The notes under the pieces are model-generated. The model had not been told where the DNA came from, searched no databases, and was given only the letters and a program-made list of their open reading frames with translations. Shown here in pieces: positions 41,884-54,748 of a stretch of 64,000 nucleotides of DNA. Source of the stretch: an uncultured delta proteobacterium (lineage in GTDB: Bacteria > Myxococcota_A > Polyangia > Haliangiales > Haliangiaceae); assembly GCA_963743525.1 (NCBI GenBank), contig CAVUQH010000004.1:224001-288000 (forward strand), read 5' to 3'. Both the position numbers and the translations under genes were made by a program. The stretch's first letter is position 1; the number at the start of each line of letters is the position of its first letter.

Positions 41884-42840
41884 CTAGTCGATCGGCGGGA
41901 AGCCCTGGCAGGCGCTGTCGAACGTGTCGAGGGCGTCCTGCAGGCCGATCGACAGGTCGGCCTCGCAGATCGAGCTGACCACGCCGTTGGTGCCGGCCAT
42001 CGACGCGAACTGCTTGAGCCGCTTGGCCTCCTGGGCCCCTCCGAAGTCGCTCGAGCAGTCGGTGACACCGGCAATCACTGCCACCGCCCAGCGACCGGCC
42101 CCGCCGGTGTACTGGTCGAGGAAGTTCTTGTAGGTGTCGACCGCCTCCATCTGATCGGTGCACAGCGTCTGACCCAGCCCCAGCGTCACGCTCTGCTCGT
42201 AGGAGCAGTCGTCCTCGTCGGTGAGGATGACGATGGCCAGCAGCGCGTCGTCGCGATGAAAGCCGGCGTTGGTGCCGTCGGCCATGCGATCCGCGAACGT
42301 CTTGTGCACCGCTGCCAGCGGCATCTCGTCGGCCGGGCCGTCGGCGCCGACTTCCGCGGCGCACGAGAAGGTGGCGCTTCGGTTGCTGTCGCCACCCTCG
42401 ACCCAGCGGCGGGTCATGTCACAGCGCTGCAGCAGCGCGCCGTTGTCACCGCCGGTCTGCGACTGCGGAAGCGTGAAGCCACCCAGGTCCATCGTGTAGG
42501 TGTAGTCGATGCCGGTGGTGGTGATGCCGACGCGGTAGTCGAGCGGCGGATCGTAGTTGTCGAGCACCTGGATGAACTGCGGGAAGTTGTCGGCCAGGTT
42601 GGTCTGCTCCTGGCCCATCGACCCGGAGTTGTCGACCACGAACAAGATGTCCATCTTGTCGCAGGCCTGAACCGGCGCCGCGTCCGCGAACTCGCCCGGC
42701 GGCTGCCAGTTGGCATCGGGCCAGTTGCCGCCTCCGCCACCGTCGGCGCCGCCGCCGTTGCCGTTGCCCCCGTTGCCGGGAGCCGTGGGACCGCATGCAG
42801 AAATGAAGAATAAAGCCAGAACCGAGCCGAGACGACGCAT
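41884..42840 (-). CDS. vWA-domain lipoprotein
   Basis: Lipobox ISAC, MIDAS motif DILFVVDNSGSM, IVILTDEDDCS. Confidence 0.85.
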   Translation of the reverse strand: MRRLGSVLALFFISACGPTAPGNGGNGNGGGADGGGGGNWPDANWQPPGEFADAAPVQACDKMDILFVVDNSGSMGQEQTNLADNFPQFIQVLDNYDPPLDYRVGITTTGIDYTYTMDLGGFTLPQSQTGGDNGALLQRCDMTRRWVEGGDSNRSATFSCAAEVGADGPADEMPLAAVHKTFADRMADGTNAGFHRDDALLAIVILTDEDDCSYEQSVTLGLGQTLCTDQMEAVDTYKNFLDQYTGGAGRWAVAVIAGVTDCSSDFGGAQEAKRLKQFASMAGTNGVVSSICEADLSIGLQDALDTFDSACQGFPPID

Positions 42841-42963
42841 CGAACAAGCCTCCCAGATAGCGTTGCTCCCTCGCGGCCGGCAAGGTAGCACGCGCCGATC
42901 TGGCCCCGTTCAGGGAAGCTGCTGACAGCCTCTGTGCTGCCCTGGATCTGTCTCGGGCGACCG

Positions 42964-43003
42964 AAAAAGGAAGACGCGCCCCCAGAAACTCCAAGGGCGC
43001 GCC
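42964..43003 (-). terminator. Probable intrinsic terminator after the 43033 gene
   Basis: Minus strand GGCGCGCCC...GGGCGCGTC stem followed by TTCCTTTTT. Confidence 0.5.
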
Positions 43004-43032
43004 ATCACTGCCGGTATGGATGTAGGTGCGCT

Positions 43033-44604
43033 TTAGAAAAGGTAACCCAGCGTAGCGCTTCCGCTGAGGTACTTGTCGAGGGCTCCGCCGACGTCAACCG
43101 TGTTGGGATCGCCGTCGCGCATGACCGTCATGTCGCCGTCGCCCTGGAACTGGTAGCCGACGGCGGTGAAGCGCGCGGCCACGGTCAGCATGTAGCGCTT
43201 GGCGAACAGGTACTCCAGGCCGCCATCGGCGTCGACGCCGGTCAGCTTGGCGGTGCCGTACTGATCCCGCTGCTGGACCTCGCCGGCGCCGGTGATGAGC
43301 AGCGCGCGGACGCCGGCGAACACCGAGATCTTCGGGGTCACCGGGTAGCGGCCGGCCAGGCCGGGGTCGAAGTAGGTGTACGAGGTGTTGGGCAGATCGA
43401 CGACCACGTCGGTCGGCTTGTCAACCTTGAACTGCAGGCGGCCGTAGCCGACGCTCAGCTGGATCGACGGGCCCTTGTCGCCGAAGTTGTGGCGAAGGAT
43501 GGCGCTGGCGCCGTAGCGCATCTCGGTGGTGGCCAGGTTGGCGCTCATGCCGCCGCCGTCGAGGATGGCGGTCTGCAGGCCGAACACGTACTCGGCCTCG
43601 AAGCCGATGCCGAGGTTCGGCCCCAGGCCCTTGGTCTTGCCGTCCTTGGCCAGAGGATAGAGCTCGCCGGAGACGCGCGCGGCCGGTGCGGCCGGGCCCT
43701 TGTAGCCCTTGGGCGCGTCGGTCAGATCGGAGCGGTAGGTGAACGCCAGGGTACGGTCGACCACGCTGGCGCCGGCTGACACGATCATCACGCCGTTGCG
43801 GCGGCGCTCGGCGGCGGTGCGGTTGTCGGCGGGGCCGGGCTCGTTGCGATCGCCCATGTCGTCATCGACGCCGACGTCCTCGTCGCGCGAGGCGGTGCGG
43901 ACATCGTCGTCCTCGTCGCGGATCGCCTCGCCGTCGTCCTCGACCGGCTCGTCGCTGATCTCGTCGTCGCGCGACCGCTTGCGGTCGCGGGACCGCGAGC
44001 TGCGGCGCTGTTCGCGGCGGGCGGTGCGGCGGGAGCGGCTGGCGCGCTTGCTCGGCCGGTCGCTCAGCTCGTCGTCGCCGTCGCCGACCGCCGTGCGGGC
44101 GTTGTCCTGGGCATCGGCGTCCATGTCGTCGTCATCGCCGCTGTCGTTGAACTGCAGGTGATCGATCGCCGGCAGCAAGCGGCTGGCCAGCGCCTTGCGC
44201 AGGCGGCCGGGCAACGTCGGGCGCGACAGCCGAACGGCCAGCTTCTTGACCGTGCGACCGCTGGCGCCCTCGTGCAGGCGCAGGCGCAGGACGTAGCCGT
44301 CGTCGTCGGCGACGATCATGCTCTGCAGCACGCCGTCGGCCGAGATCTTGGCCGACACCCGTGCGACATCCTCGGGGCTCAGCTTGCGCGCCTTGAGGCG
44401 CCGGGCCGTTCGCGTATAGGTGCGCGACGAGATGACCCGGTTCTCCTTGCGGATGATCTCGGACAGGTCGTCTTGCAGCGACTTGTTGCGGGCGCCCTCG
44501 ACGTCGAGGACGACCACGCGTTTCTGCGCGCGGACCGTGGCGGGGGCAATGGAGACCGCCAGTGTGGCGGCCAATGCTGTCAGTATGATCTTCGTGGGGG
44601 TCAT
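43033..44604 (-). CDS. Secreted protein with N-terminal alpha/beta domain, charged linker and probable C-terminal outer-membrane beta-barrel
   Basis: Signal peptide ending VRA-Q, D/E/R-rich linker, amphipathic strands ending LGYLF. Confidence 0.7.
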   Translation of the reverse strand: MTPTKIILTALAATLAVSIAPATVRAQKRVVVLDVEGARNKSLQDDLSEIIRKENRVISSRTYTRTARRLKARKLSPEDVARVSAKISADGVLQSMIVADDDGYVLRLRLHEGASGRTVKKLAVRLSRPTLPGRLRKALASRLLPAIDHLQFNDSGDDDDMDADAQDNARTAVGDGDDELSDRPSKRASRSRRTARREQRRSSRSRDRKRSRDDEISDEPVEDDGEAIRDEDDDVRTASRDEDVGVDDDMGDRNEPGPADNRTAAERRRNGVMIVSAGASVVDRTLAFTYRSDLTDAPKGYKGPAAPAARVSGELYPLAKDGKTKGLGPNLGIGFEAEYVFGLQTAILDGGGMSANLATTEMRYGASAILRHNFGDKGPSIQLSVGYGRLQFKVDKPTDVVVDLPNTSYTYFDPGLAGRYPVTPKISVFAGVRALLITGAGEVQQRDQYGTAKLTGVDADGGLEYLFAKRYMLTVAARFTAVGYQFQGDGDMTVMRDGDPNTVDVGGALDKYLSGSATLGYLF

Positions 44605-44830
44605 GGGGTTCCCTCCCGGGTGGAACCAGTTGAAAAGGCGGCTATGGGCTCCTTCGTGCAAGGTCGATTCCAAGGCTGCAACTGCCAGGTAGCTGTGAAG
44701 TTCTGAGAACTTGGGTTCGCCTGGAGACAGCCGTAGTGGGCACTGGGGCCCCAGGTTGCGGCCCCAGTAGGAGATCCGCGCCGGTTGTCTCACCACCCCG
44801 GAGGCGCGGGTTAGACTGCTCCGGGTGGCG

Positions 44831-45322
44831 ATGCCCAAGCGCGCGAAATGGCTGGCCGCCCTGCTCTGCCTCGTCATGGCCGCGCCGGGCTGCTCGATCA
44901 TCCTGACCCACCGGGTGCCGTCCAACCAGCCGCCCGACGAATACCCGGACTGCACCTCGAGCCTGGCGCCGGCGGTGGCCGATACCATCTTCGCCGTCCT
45001 CTACAGCGTCGGCGGTGTGACCCTGCTGACCGCCAACGAGAGCGCCAACAACCAGGGCAAGAGCTTCGGCACCATGGGACTGGTGGCCGTCGCCCTCGCC
45101 CTGGTGCATACCGGCTCCGCCGGCTACGGCGCCTGGCAGCGCGGCCGCTGCGTCGCCGCCAAACGACGCGTGCCGCTGCCCGATCGCAACCACTACCAGA
45201 TCGACAAACCGGGCGCCGGCAGCCTGGGCGGCCCGTGCGAAGAAGACGGCACCTGCGAGGGCGAGCTAGAGTGCGATGCAACGATGCACGTCTGCATCGC
45301 CCCCACCTCTGACGACGACTAG
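44831..45322 (+). CDS. Hypothetical membrane lipoprotein with Cys-rich C-terminus
   Basis: Lipobox APGC, two TM helices, and [15 protein letters not shown]. Confidence 0.6.
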   Translation: MPKRAKWLAALLCLVMAAPGCSIILTHRVPSNQPPDEYPDCTSSLAPAVADTIFAVLYSVGGVTLLTANESANNQGKSFGTMGLVAVALALVHTGSAGYGAWQRGRCVAAKRRVPLPDRNHYQIDKPGAGSLGGPCEEDGTCEGELECDATMHVCIAPTSDDD

Positions 45323-45333
45323 GCGGAGCGCAC

Positions 45334-46689
45334 GTGTACATCATCATCGTCGGCGCCGGCGAGGTCGGCACCTACCTGGCGCGCATCCTGTCCGAGGAGC
45401 AGCACGACGTCGCCGTGGTCGAGGCCGACGAGCAGCTGGCCCGCGACCTCGACGCCGAGATCGACGCGATGGTCATCCACGGCAGCGGCGTCAGCCACCG
45501 CGCGCTCGAGATGGCGGGCATCGGCCGCGCCGACCTCTTGCTCGCGGTCACGCAGATCGACGAGGTCAACCTGATCTCGTGCATGACCGCCAGCCGGCTG
45601 GGCAAGAAGGGCCTGCAGACGGTGGCCCGCGTGCGCGACACCGAATACCTGTCGGGCGAGACCCATTTCTCGGCCGAGGACCTGGGCCTCAGCCTGCTGG
45701 TCGGCCCCGAGCGAGCCACGGCGGCCGAGGTGGTCGAGCTGCTCAGCTACGAGGGGATGGGCGAGATCCATCACCTGGCCGACGGTCGCATCGCCCTGCT
45801 CGAGCTGCCGCTGGGCGCCGACTCGCCGCTGGTCCACGAGACCCTGGCCGAGCTGCACGAGGTGCTGCCGCAGCCGTCACTGATCGCGGCGGCGCGCGGC
45901 CCGGACGGCTTTCGCATCCCCCGCGGCGACGACCGCCTGACCCAGGACGACCGCGTCTACATCCTGACGTCGCCCGACATCATCGACGAGTGGTGGATCC
46001 TGTCCGGCCTGCCCTGGCACCACGTGCGCCACACGCACATCATCGGCTGCGGCGACATCGGCTTCCATCTGGCCCACCAGCTGGAGGCCAAGCGGATGGC
46101 CCCGTCGATCGTCGAGATCGACGTCAAGCGCGCCGAGTGGGCGGCCAACCAGCTGAAGAAGTCGATCGTCCGCGCCGGTGACGGCACCGATCCAGAGCTG
46201 CTCAAGGAGCTGCTCGAAGAGCGCAGCGACGCCGTGGTGGTGCTGATCGACGACGACGAGCGCGCGGTCCTGTGCGGGCTGTTCGCCAAGCACCTGGGAG
46301 CCAAGAAGGTAATCGTCCGCTCCGATACCACCGCCTATGCGCCGATCGCGCACAAGCTGGGGGTCGATGCGCTGATCTCGCCGCGGCGCGCAGTGGCCGA
46401 CGCCATCCTCCGGTTCGTCCGCCGGGGCCAGGTGGCCTCGGCGCACATGCTCGGCGATCACCAGGGCGAGATCCTCGAGCTGGAGGTGCCGGCCCAGCCC
46501 AAGCACCCCGAGATCGTCGGCACGCCGCTGCGCGACCTGCGCTTTCCCGCCGGCTCGCTGGTCGGCGCGGTGGTGCGCAAAGACGGCGTGGTCATCGCCT
46601 CGGGCGACACCGTGCTGGCGCCGGGAGACAGTCTGCTGGTCGTGGCCACCCCCGGCTGCATTCAGGAGCTCGAGCGTCTACTCGCGTGA
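45334..46689 (+). CDS. trkA: Trk potassium uptake NAD-binding subunit
   Basis: Two RCK_N/RCK_C pairs: [30 protein letters not shown] and ISPR. Confidence 0.93.
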   Translation: MYIIIVGAGEVGTYLARILSEEQHDVAVVEADEQLARDLDAEIDAMVIHGSGVSHRALEMAGIGRADLLLAVTQIDEVNLISCMTASRLGKKGLQTVARVRDTEYLSGETHFSAEDLGLSLLVGPERATAAEVVELLSYEGMGEIHHLADGRIALLELPLGADSPLVHETLAELHEVLPQPSLIAAARGPDGFRIPRGDDRLTQDDRVYILTSPDIIDEWWILSGLPWHHVRHTHIIGCGDIGFHLAHQLEAKRMAPSIVEIDVKRAEWAANQLKKSIVRAGDGTDPELLKELLEERSDAVVVLIDDDERAVLCGLFAKHLGAKKVIVRSDTTAYAPIAHKLGVDALISPRRAVADAILRFVRRGQVASAHMLGDHQGEILELEVPAQPKHPEIVGTPLRDLRFPAGSLVGAVVRKDGVVIASGDTVLAPGDSLLVVATPGCIQELERLLA

Positions 46690-46717
46690 GCCGCCCGCGG
46701 CTTGCTATGCTCCCGTC

Positions 46718-47106
46718 GTGGCCGAGATTCGGGTCCTGGTAGTCGACGACGACGCGATGTTGTGCCGCAGCATCAGCCGGATGCTGCGCCCCTTCGACGT
46801 CACGCAGGCCGGCGGCGGCGCCGAGGCGCTGCAGATCCTCCAGGGCGGCGAGCCATTCGACGTCATTCTGTGCGACATCATGATGCCCGACATGTCGGGA
46901 CCCGAGCTGTACCAGGCGATGGCCGACGTCCGCCCGGAGCTGCAAGCGCGGGTCCTGTTCATGACCGGCGGCATGCTCGAGCGGGTGCGCCCGATGATGT
47001 CGGGAGTGCCGCAGCCGCTGATCGAGAAACCGTTCAGTCGCTCGGAGATCAAGCTGGCCGTCACGCGCATCGCCGAAAACGACGGCGACAGCGATGCCGA
47101 CGCCGG

Positions 47107-47110
<4 letters not shown>
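46718..47110 (+). CDS. Single-domain response regulator
   Basis: VLVVDDD, ILCDIMMPDMSG, FMTGG and KPF. Confidence 0.9.
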
Positions 47111-48182
<1,072 letters not shown>

Positions 48183-48186
<4 letters not shown>

Positions 48187-49325
48187 GGGTCGTAGACGTA
48201 CATGTGTGCACGGATCGGCCCGTTCGCAAGCGGTTTGACCACCCGCGGCTCGAGACCGAAGCTGCGCTCGAACGGCCCCGGGCCCACCAGCAGGGCCACG
48301 CGGAACCCGCGCAGGCGCGCACACCAGTCGCCCAGGCGGCGGTAGAAACCGATCAGATCGCGCTCGGAGATGCGCTCGCCGTAGGGTGGATTGCTGAGTA
48401 CCAGTCCCTTCCCCTCCGGGGCCAGCTCGCGCAGCTCTTCGGGATCGATCGAGAACAGGTCGCGGGCCTCGGGGCGAACCAGCTCGGCGACGCCGGCCCT
48501 GCGCACGTTGTCGCGCGCCGCGCGGATGACGCCTTCGTCGGCGTCGCTGGCCCACACCTCGGGTCGCGTGTCGGCGAACAGCGGGCCGTCGGGAATGTCG
48601 ACGCCGCCGAGCAGCGGCGAGCGCGGATCGCCGCTGTCGCGCGGGACCGCCGACGCCATCAGCGCCGCTTCGACGGCGATGGTGCCCGAGCCGCACATCG
48701 GATCGACGAGCAGCTCGCGGCGCGCGTCCCAGCGGGCGATCATGATCATCGCCGCGGCCAGGTGCTCGCGCAGCGGCGCCACGCCGGCGCGCGTGCGGTA
48801 GCCGCGCTGACTTAGCGAGCCCGCGCCCAGGTCGACGGAGATGCTCATCGCGTCGTCGTGCATGCGCGCGGTGACCAACAGATCGGGCGCCTCCGGATCG
48901 ACGTGCAGGTCGGCGCCGCGACCGTTGGCGACGTCGAGGATGGCGTTCTTGACCACGCCGACGATCTGTCGCTCGCCGGCGGCAAAGTCGGCGATGTTTC
49001 GCGCCCGCACGCTGAGGCTTCGCGCGCCGTCCAGCCACGGCCGGTCGTCGGCGGTGAGATCGGCGACCAGCTGGTCGTAGAGCGGCTCGAGCCGGCGCGC
49101 GTCGAGCCGGTACAGCTCGGCGTAGACTCGAGTCGACGTGCGGTGATAGCGCAGCGCAACCCGCGCCAGCGCCGGGTCGAATGGATAGATCAACGTGCCG
49201 CTGCCGGCCCGTCGCGGGCGCTTGGGCACCTGCGACAGCGCCCGCCGCGCCAGTCGGGACAGCTCCGCCTCCATCGCCTTGGTGGTGTCGGGCGATCCGA
49301 CGACGAGCAAATTATCGACGCGCAT
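48183..49325 (-). CDS. THUMP-domain RNA methyltransferase (RlmL/UPF0020-like)
   Basis: SLSQRGYR, APLREHLAA, DPMCGSGTI and NPPYGER. Confidence 0.88.
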
Positions 49326-49331
49326 GGTGGT

Positions 49332-50225
49332 TCATCCGTTGATCGACTGCAGCAAACCCGAGCGGGCAAAGAAGCGCTTCTGTACGTACCAGCCGCGCGT
49401 GGTCGCGCCGGCGCCGCCCTTGGGCCGTGTGTGCAGGTAGCGTTCGAACAATCGCGCCAGCGTAGCGGTCCGCTCCTGGTAGAACCAGCTCAGGATCGGC
49501 GAGTCGGGATCGTCGGCGACCCGCACCACCCACAACACCCGCGCCAGCTTGGCGCCCCGGGCCGCGTGCTCCATGCTGACCGCCGGATCCTCTTTGATCC
49601 GCCAGAAGCCGGAGCGATCGCGGATCACCGGGACGGTCTTGATCTCGACCTCGCCGCGCCAGTCCGGCTCGCTGTGGCCGCGCTCCGGCACCCCCAGCAG
49701 CTCGGCGATGCGCACGCCGTACGCGCCCTTGTGCCGGCTGGCCGCGCCCAGCCGCACACCCGGCAGCGCGTCGGCCACGGCCAGGAGCTCTTCCAGCGTC
49801 TCCGGCTCGTCGGTCGGCTGCGCCGCCTCGCGCGGAGACGGGATCGGCCGGGGATAGCTGGGCGCCGGCGGCGCGGTACCCGGCTCGGACCGCAGGTGGA
49901 CCAGGGCGCCGCCGAGGACCACCGGCACCGGCTGCAGTGCCGTGCCCAGATGGTCGCGTCCGCCGGCCTCGAGCTCGGCGCCCCACATCCACAACCGGGC
50001 GCGCAGGTCGCCGACCCCACCCTCGGTCGACAGGTCGCGCTCGGTGACCAGCGGCTCCAGCCCGGAGCGGCGAAGGCGATTGAGCAACCCGGCCAGATCT
50101 CCGGCGTACCGATCGGCGACGCGACGGCGCAGCTCGTCGGTGTCGAGCTCGACCCCGCGGGCGCCGTGCAGGCGACGCAGGGTGGCGCGGTCGAGAGAGC
50201 GAACCAGCTCGCGGGATGCGTTCAT
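49332..50225 (-). CDS. MutH/Sau3AI-like PD-(D/E)XK endonuclease domain with helical N-terminus
   Basis: HKGAYGVRIAELLG...EPDW..EVEIKTVPV and KLARVLWV resemble the MutH motifs KG..G...LG, D..ELKTIP and KL.RVLW. Confidence 0.65.
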   Translation of the reverse strand: MNASRELVRSLDRATLRRLHGARGVELDTDELRRRVADRYAGDLAGLLNRLRRSGLEPLVTERDLSTEGGVGDLRARLWMWGAELEAGGRDHLGTALQPVPVVLGGALVHLRSEPGTAPPAPSYPRPIPSPREAAQPTDEPETLEELLAVADALPGVRLGAASRHKGAYGVRIAELLGVPERGHSEPDWRGEVEIKTVPVIRDRSGFWRIKEDPAVSMEHAARGAKLARVLWVVRVADDPDSPILSWFYQERTATLARLFERYLHTRPKGGAGATTRGWYVQKRFFARSGLLQSING

Positions 50226-50275
50226 GGGGATCGCCGGCTTGTCCGCCGGCCCGGGCACGGGCATCCTACCAACTC

Positions 50276-50884
50276 ATGTCGATTCGCCGCACATTCACGT
50301 TCCTGGCGCTGCTCGCGCTGGCTGGCTGCTCGAAGAAGGGAGATGACGCCTCCCAGGCCACCCCCGCACCGCCGAGCACCGGCGATCCGGCGCAGTCGAC
50401 CCCGACGCCGGTCGCCCCGGATCCGGATGAGGGCAGCAACGCGATGGCCGGCGACGGCGGCGGCGACGGCTCCGGCCACGGCGACGGCTCCGGCCACGGC
50501 GACGGCTCCGGCCACGGCGACGGCTCCGGCGGCGGCGACGGCTCCGGCGGCGGCGACGGCTCCGGCGGCGGTGACGGCTCCGGCGGCGGCGACGGCTCCG
50601 GCGGCGGCGACGAGAACGCACCGCTGAAAGACATCAAGGTCCTGCCCAAGAGCTGGGACCGACCCAAGGTCAAGGCGTACATGAAGGAGACCGTGGCCAA
50701 GGCCCTCGGCGTCAAGTGCAAGCACTGCCACGACGTTGACGACTACGCCAAGGACACCAAGAAGAAGACCATCGCCCGCGACATGATGCGCATGGCCGAC
50801 CAGATCAACCACGACTTCTTCCGCGGCAAGACCGAGGTCACCTGCATGACCTGCCACGTCGGCCACGAGGAGCCGCCCAAGTAG
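50276..50884 (+). CDS. Diheme c-type cytochrome lipoprotein (reaction-centre cytochrome c subunit-like fold) with Gly-rich linker
   Basis: Lipobox LAGC; IKVLP...M...LGVKCKHCH...IARDMMRM...VTCMTCH. Confidence 0.85.
   Translation: MSIRRTFTFLALLALAGCSKKGDDASQATPAPPSTGDPAQSTPTPVAPDPDEGSNAMAGDGGGDGSGHGDGSGHGDGSGHGDGSGGGDGSGGGDGSGGGDGSGGGDGSGGGDENAPLKDIKVLPKSWDRPKVKAYMKETVAKALGVKCKHCHDVDDYAKDTKKKTIARDMMRMADQINHDFFRGKTEVTCMTCHVGHEEPPK
50462..50605 (+). repeat. 18-bp tandem repeat x8 encoding (GDGSGH)3(GDGSGG)5
   Basis: GGCGACGGCTCCGGC(CAC/GGC) units. Confidence 0.9.
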
Positions 50885-50901
50885 GGCGTCAGGAGGATCG
50901 G

Positions 50902-51276
50902 ATGAACAACAAGGGAATCGCCTCCAAGCTGCTCCTCGGCCTCGGCCTGGCCGGGCTGGTGCTGATCGTGATCGCGTTCGTGCGCGCGCCGGCCACCGCC
51001 GATGCGGGCGGCTTCAAGAACCTGCAGGTCCTGCCCAAGGACATCGGCAAGAAAGAGCTCAAGACCCTGATGAAGAGCTGGGCCCGCGGCCTGGGCGTCG
51101 AGTGCAAGTTCTGCCACGACATGGACGACAAGGCCAAGGACACCAAGAAGAAGAAGATCGCCCGCAAGATGGCGACCATGGTCAACGAGCTGAACGCCAA
51201 GTACATGAACAAGTACAAGGACGCCGAGATCACCTGCAAGACCTGCCACCACGGCCACGAAAAGCCCAAGAAGTAA
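50902..51276 (+). CDS. Diheme c-type cytochrome, paralog of the upstream gene
   Basis: AGGAGG RBS; FKNLQVLP...LGVECKFCH...IARKMATM...ITCKTCH. Confidence 0.88.
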   Translation: MNNKGIASKLLLGLGLAGLVLIVIAFVRAPATADAGGFKNLQVLPKDIGKKELKTLMKSWARGLGVECKFCHDMDDKAKDTKKKKIARKMATMVNELNAKYMNKYKDAEITCKTCHHGHEKPKK

Positions 51277-51282
51277 CGCGTC

Positions 51283-52341
51283 ATGCCCCACGCCAGGCCA
51301 AGCGGCTGGGTTCGCCTGGCGAACCTGCTGCTCCTGGCGGTCGGCGTCGGCGCGCTGGTGTGGATGGCGCGCGAGGTCGGGCTCGACCAGCTCGCCGACC
51401 TGCTGTCGTCGATCCGCGGCTGGGCCATCCCGCTGCTGCTGGTGAGCCTTGCCGGCGTGGCGCTCGATGCCGGCGCCATCCACGTGTTCATGCGCCCGGA
51501 GCAGCGCATGGTCAGCTACTGGCGCGTGTTCGCCGCCCAGATGTCGGGGCAGGCGATCAACTCGGTCACCCCGACCGGCACCCTGGGCGAGGTGGTCAAG
51601 GCGACCCTGCTCATGGGCCACGCGCCCCGCTTCCGCGCGGTGTCATCGGTGATCGCCTTCAACCTGGTCAACGTGGTGGTGAGCGCGGTGTTCGTGCTGC
51701 TCGGCATCGGCGTCGCCCTGTGGTTACCCGACCTCGACCCGGCCATGGAGCACGCCATGCGCATCGGCGTGCTGCTGCTGGCGGTGGTGTCGATCGCGGT
51801 CGTCGCCCTGGTCCGCCGCGGCGTCGTCCGCGCCGGCGCCGGCGCCGCGCACAAGCTCCGCTTCATCTCCGACGCCCGGCGCGCCCGCATCGCCGAACGG
51901 CTGGAAGCATTCGACCATCAGCTGCGCGCCCTCGGCCGCGGCGGCCCGGCCAGCCACCGGCCGGGCATCGGCCTCATCCTCGTCTCGCGCCTCCTCGGCT
52001 GGTTCGACTTGTGGCTGATCATGGTCGCCCTGGGCCACACCGCCGGCCTCGTCTTCACCGTCGTCGCCGCCGCCGCCGGCGTCGTCATCGGCCGCCTTGC
52101 CTCCATCATCCCCCTCGGCGTCGGCGCCTCCGAAGGCGGCCAGGCCGGACTGTTCCACCTCCTCGGCGCCGGCGCCGAGCTCGGCCTCGCCGTCAGCCTG
52201 GTGCGACGCATCCGCACGGTGATCATGGCCGCCATCGGCCTCCTGGTCATGCTCCTCGTCCAGCTCATCGATCAGATCCGCTTCTCCCGCGCCAAATCGC
52301 ACCTGGTCGATCGAACCCGTGACCCGGGCCAAGCCCGGTAA
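51283..52341 (+). CDS. Lysylphosphatidylglycerol-synthase TM / flippase-like membrane protein (UPF0104)
   Basis: AINSVTPTGTLGEVVK, IPLGVGASEGG and LVRRIR; multiple TM helices. Confidence 0.82.
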   Translation: MPHARPSGWVRLANLLLLAVGVGALVWMAREVGLDQLADLLSSIRGWAIPLLLVSLAGVALDAGAIHVFMRPEQRMVSYWRVFAAQMSGQAINSVTPTGTLGEVVKATLLMGHAPRFRAVSSVIAFNLVNVVVSAVFVLLGIGVALWLPDLDPAMEHAMRIGVLLLAVVSIAVVALVRRGVVRAGAGAAHKLRFISDARRARIAERLEAFDHQLRALGRGGPASHRPGIGLILVSRLLGWFDLWLIMVALGHTAGLVFTVVAAAAGVVIGRLASIIPLGVGASEGGQAGLFHLLGAGAELGLAVSLVRRIRTVIMAAIGLLVMLLVQLIDQIRFSRAKSHLVDRTRDPGQAR

Positions 52342-52388
52342 CGCATGCGACTTGTGCGCCCCCAGACCGCGTGTTACGCGACTCCCCG

Positions 52389-52769
52389 GTGACCGACACC
52401 CCGCTCAACTACGTCTGCACCCTCTGCGCCCACCGCCAGCAGGGCCCCGACCCATGCGCCAACTGCGGCGACGACTCGCCCCTCGATCTGCGCAAGGTCG
52501 ACACCCAGGCGTTCCTCCACGACATCGATTCCCGCCGCCGCGATCAATGGGACACCCGCGTCCGCACCATCGGCGTCGCCGCCGGCATGCTCGTGGTCCT
52601 CGCCCTGTGGACCCAGAGCTGGTGGTGGAGCTTCCGCCGCCACACCATCGGCCTACCGCTGCTGATCGATCAGATCGCGTACATGGTAATCATCGCCCTC
52701 GGCGCAATGAAGCTGATCACCAAGCTGCGGCCATTCAAGCCCCGCTTCCCCTTCGCCGAAGATCTGTAG
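52389..52769 (+). CDS. Small Zn-ribbon membrane protein
   Basis: CTLC...CANC followed by two TM helices. Confidence 0.6.
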   Translation: MTDTPLNYVCTLCAHRQQGPDPCANCGDDSPLDLRKVDTQAFLHDIDSRRRDQWDTRVRTIGVAAGMLVVLALWTQSWWWSFRRHTIGLPLLIDQIAYMVIIALGAMKLITKLRPFKPRFPFAEDL

Positions 52770-52770
52770 C

Positions 52771-52797
52771 GGAAGGGCGAGACCCGCTCGCCCTCCC
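52771..52797. terminator. Hairpin between convergent genes
   Basis: GGGCGAG-acccg-CTCGCCC, with no U-tract. Confidence 0.35.
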
Positions 52798-52805
52798 GCT
52801 CACCA

Positions 52806-53123
52806 CTACCGGACCAGCTTCACCAGCGTGCCGATCACGTGGTCGAACCGATTGCGCATCTCGCCCCCAACCGGTTCGACGTAGCCCACCGCCGCCGCCA
52901 CTTCGAGATTCGCCAGCGACTCCCGCGCCGACCCCAACGCCGTCTCGAACCGGGCCCGCTTGATACCCCCGCGCCCAGCACAACCCTCGGCAATGTTGAG
53001 CGCCACCGACTTGATCGACCGCCTCAACTGCCGAGCCTGATCTCGATCGAACCGCGCAATCGCCTCGATCAACGGCGAAACCTCACGAATCAGCTGAACG
53101 GACACGGGATAAATACGAAGCAT
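52806..53123 (-). CDS. Four-helix-bundle protein (23S rRNA IVP-like family)
   Basis: DQARQLRRSIKSVALNIAEG...RFETALGSARE; AAAGGGAGG RBS before ATG 53123. Confidence 0.9.
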   Translation of the reverse strand: MLRIYPVSVQLIREVSPLIEAIARFDRDQARQLRRSIKSVALNIAEGCAGRGGIKRARFETALGSARESLANLEVAAAVGYVEPVGGEMRNRFDHVIGTLVKLVR

Positions 53124-53172
53124 GAGAAACCTCCCTTTCGTTAGTGAGGCCCCTCCACCCGCCCGGAGCGCA

Positions 53173-53227
53173 GGCGGGGTCAAGGGCGCGAAGCGGCGCG
53201 CGAAGCGCGCGAACCCTTGACCCCGCC
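53173..53227. repeat. Branched palindrome: 14-bp perfect inverted repeat enclosing two GAA-loop mini-hairpins
   Basis: GGCGGGGTCAAGGG (53173-53186) pairs with CCCTTGACCCCGCC (53214-53227); inside are CGC-GAA-GCG and GCGCGC-GAA-GCGCGC. Confidence 0.8.
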
Positions 53228-53269
53228 GAGCACCGGGCGACAATCGAAACTCACGAGCGAGAGCCCCAG

Positions 53270-54695
<1,426 letters not shown>

Positions 54696-54748
54696 ACGCC
54701 GCAAACGCTACCACAGGCGGCGCGCGAAGCAGCGTCAGGGCCCGCCCG

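Noticed and set aside
50276..51276. Evidence for phototrophy (PufC-like cytochromes)
   Set aside because: These are short diheme proteins, and no pufLM or bch genes are in the window.
52806..53123. Avd of a diversity-generating retroelement, or a 23S rRNA intervening sequence
   Set aside because: No reverse transcriptase, TR/VR pair or rRNA sequence is visible in the window.
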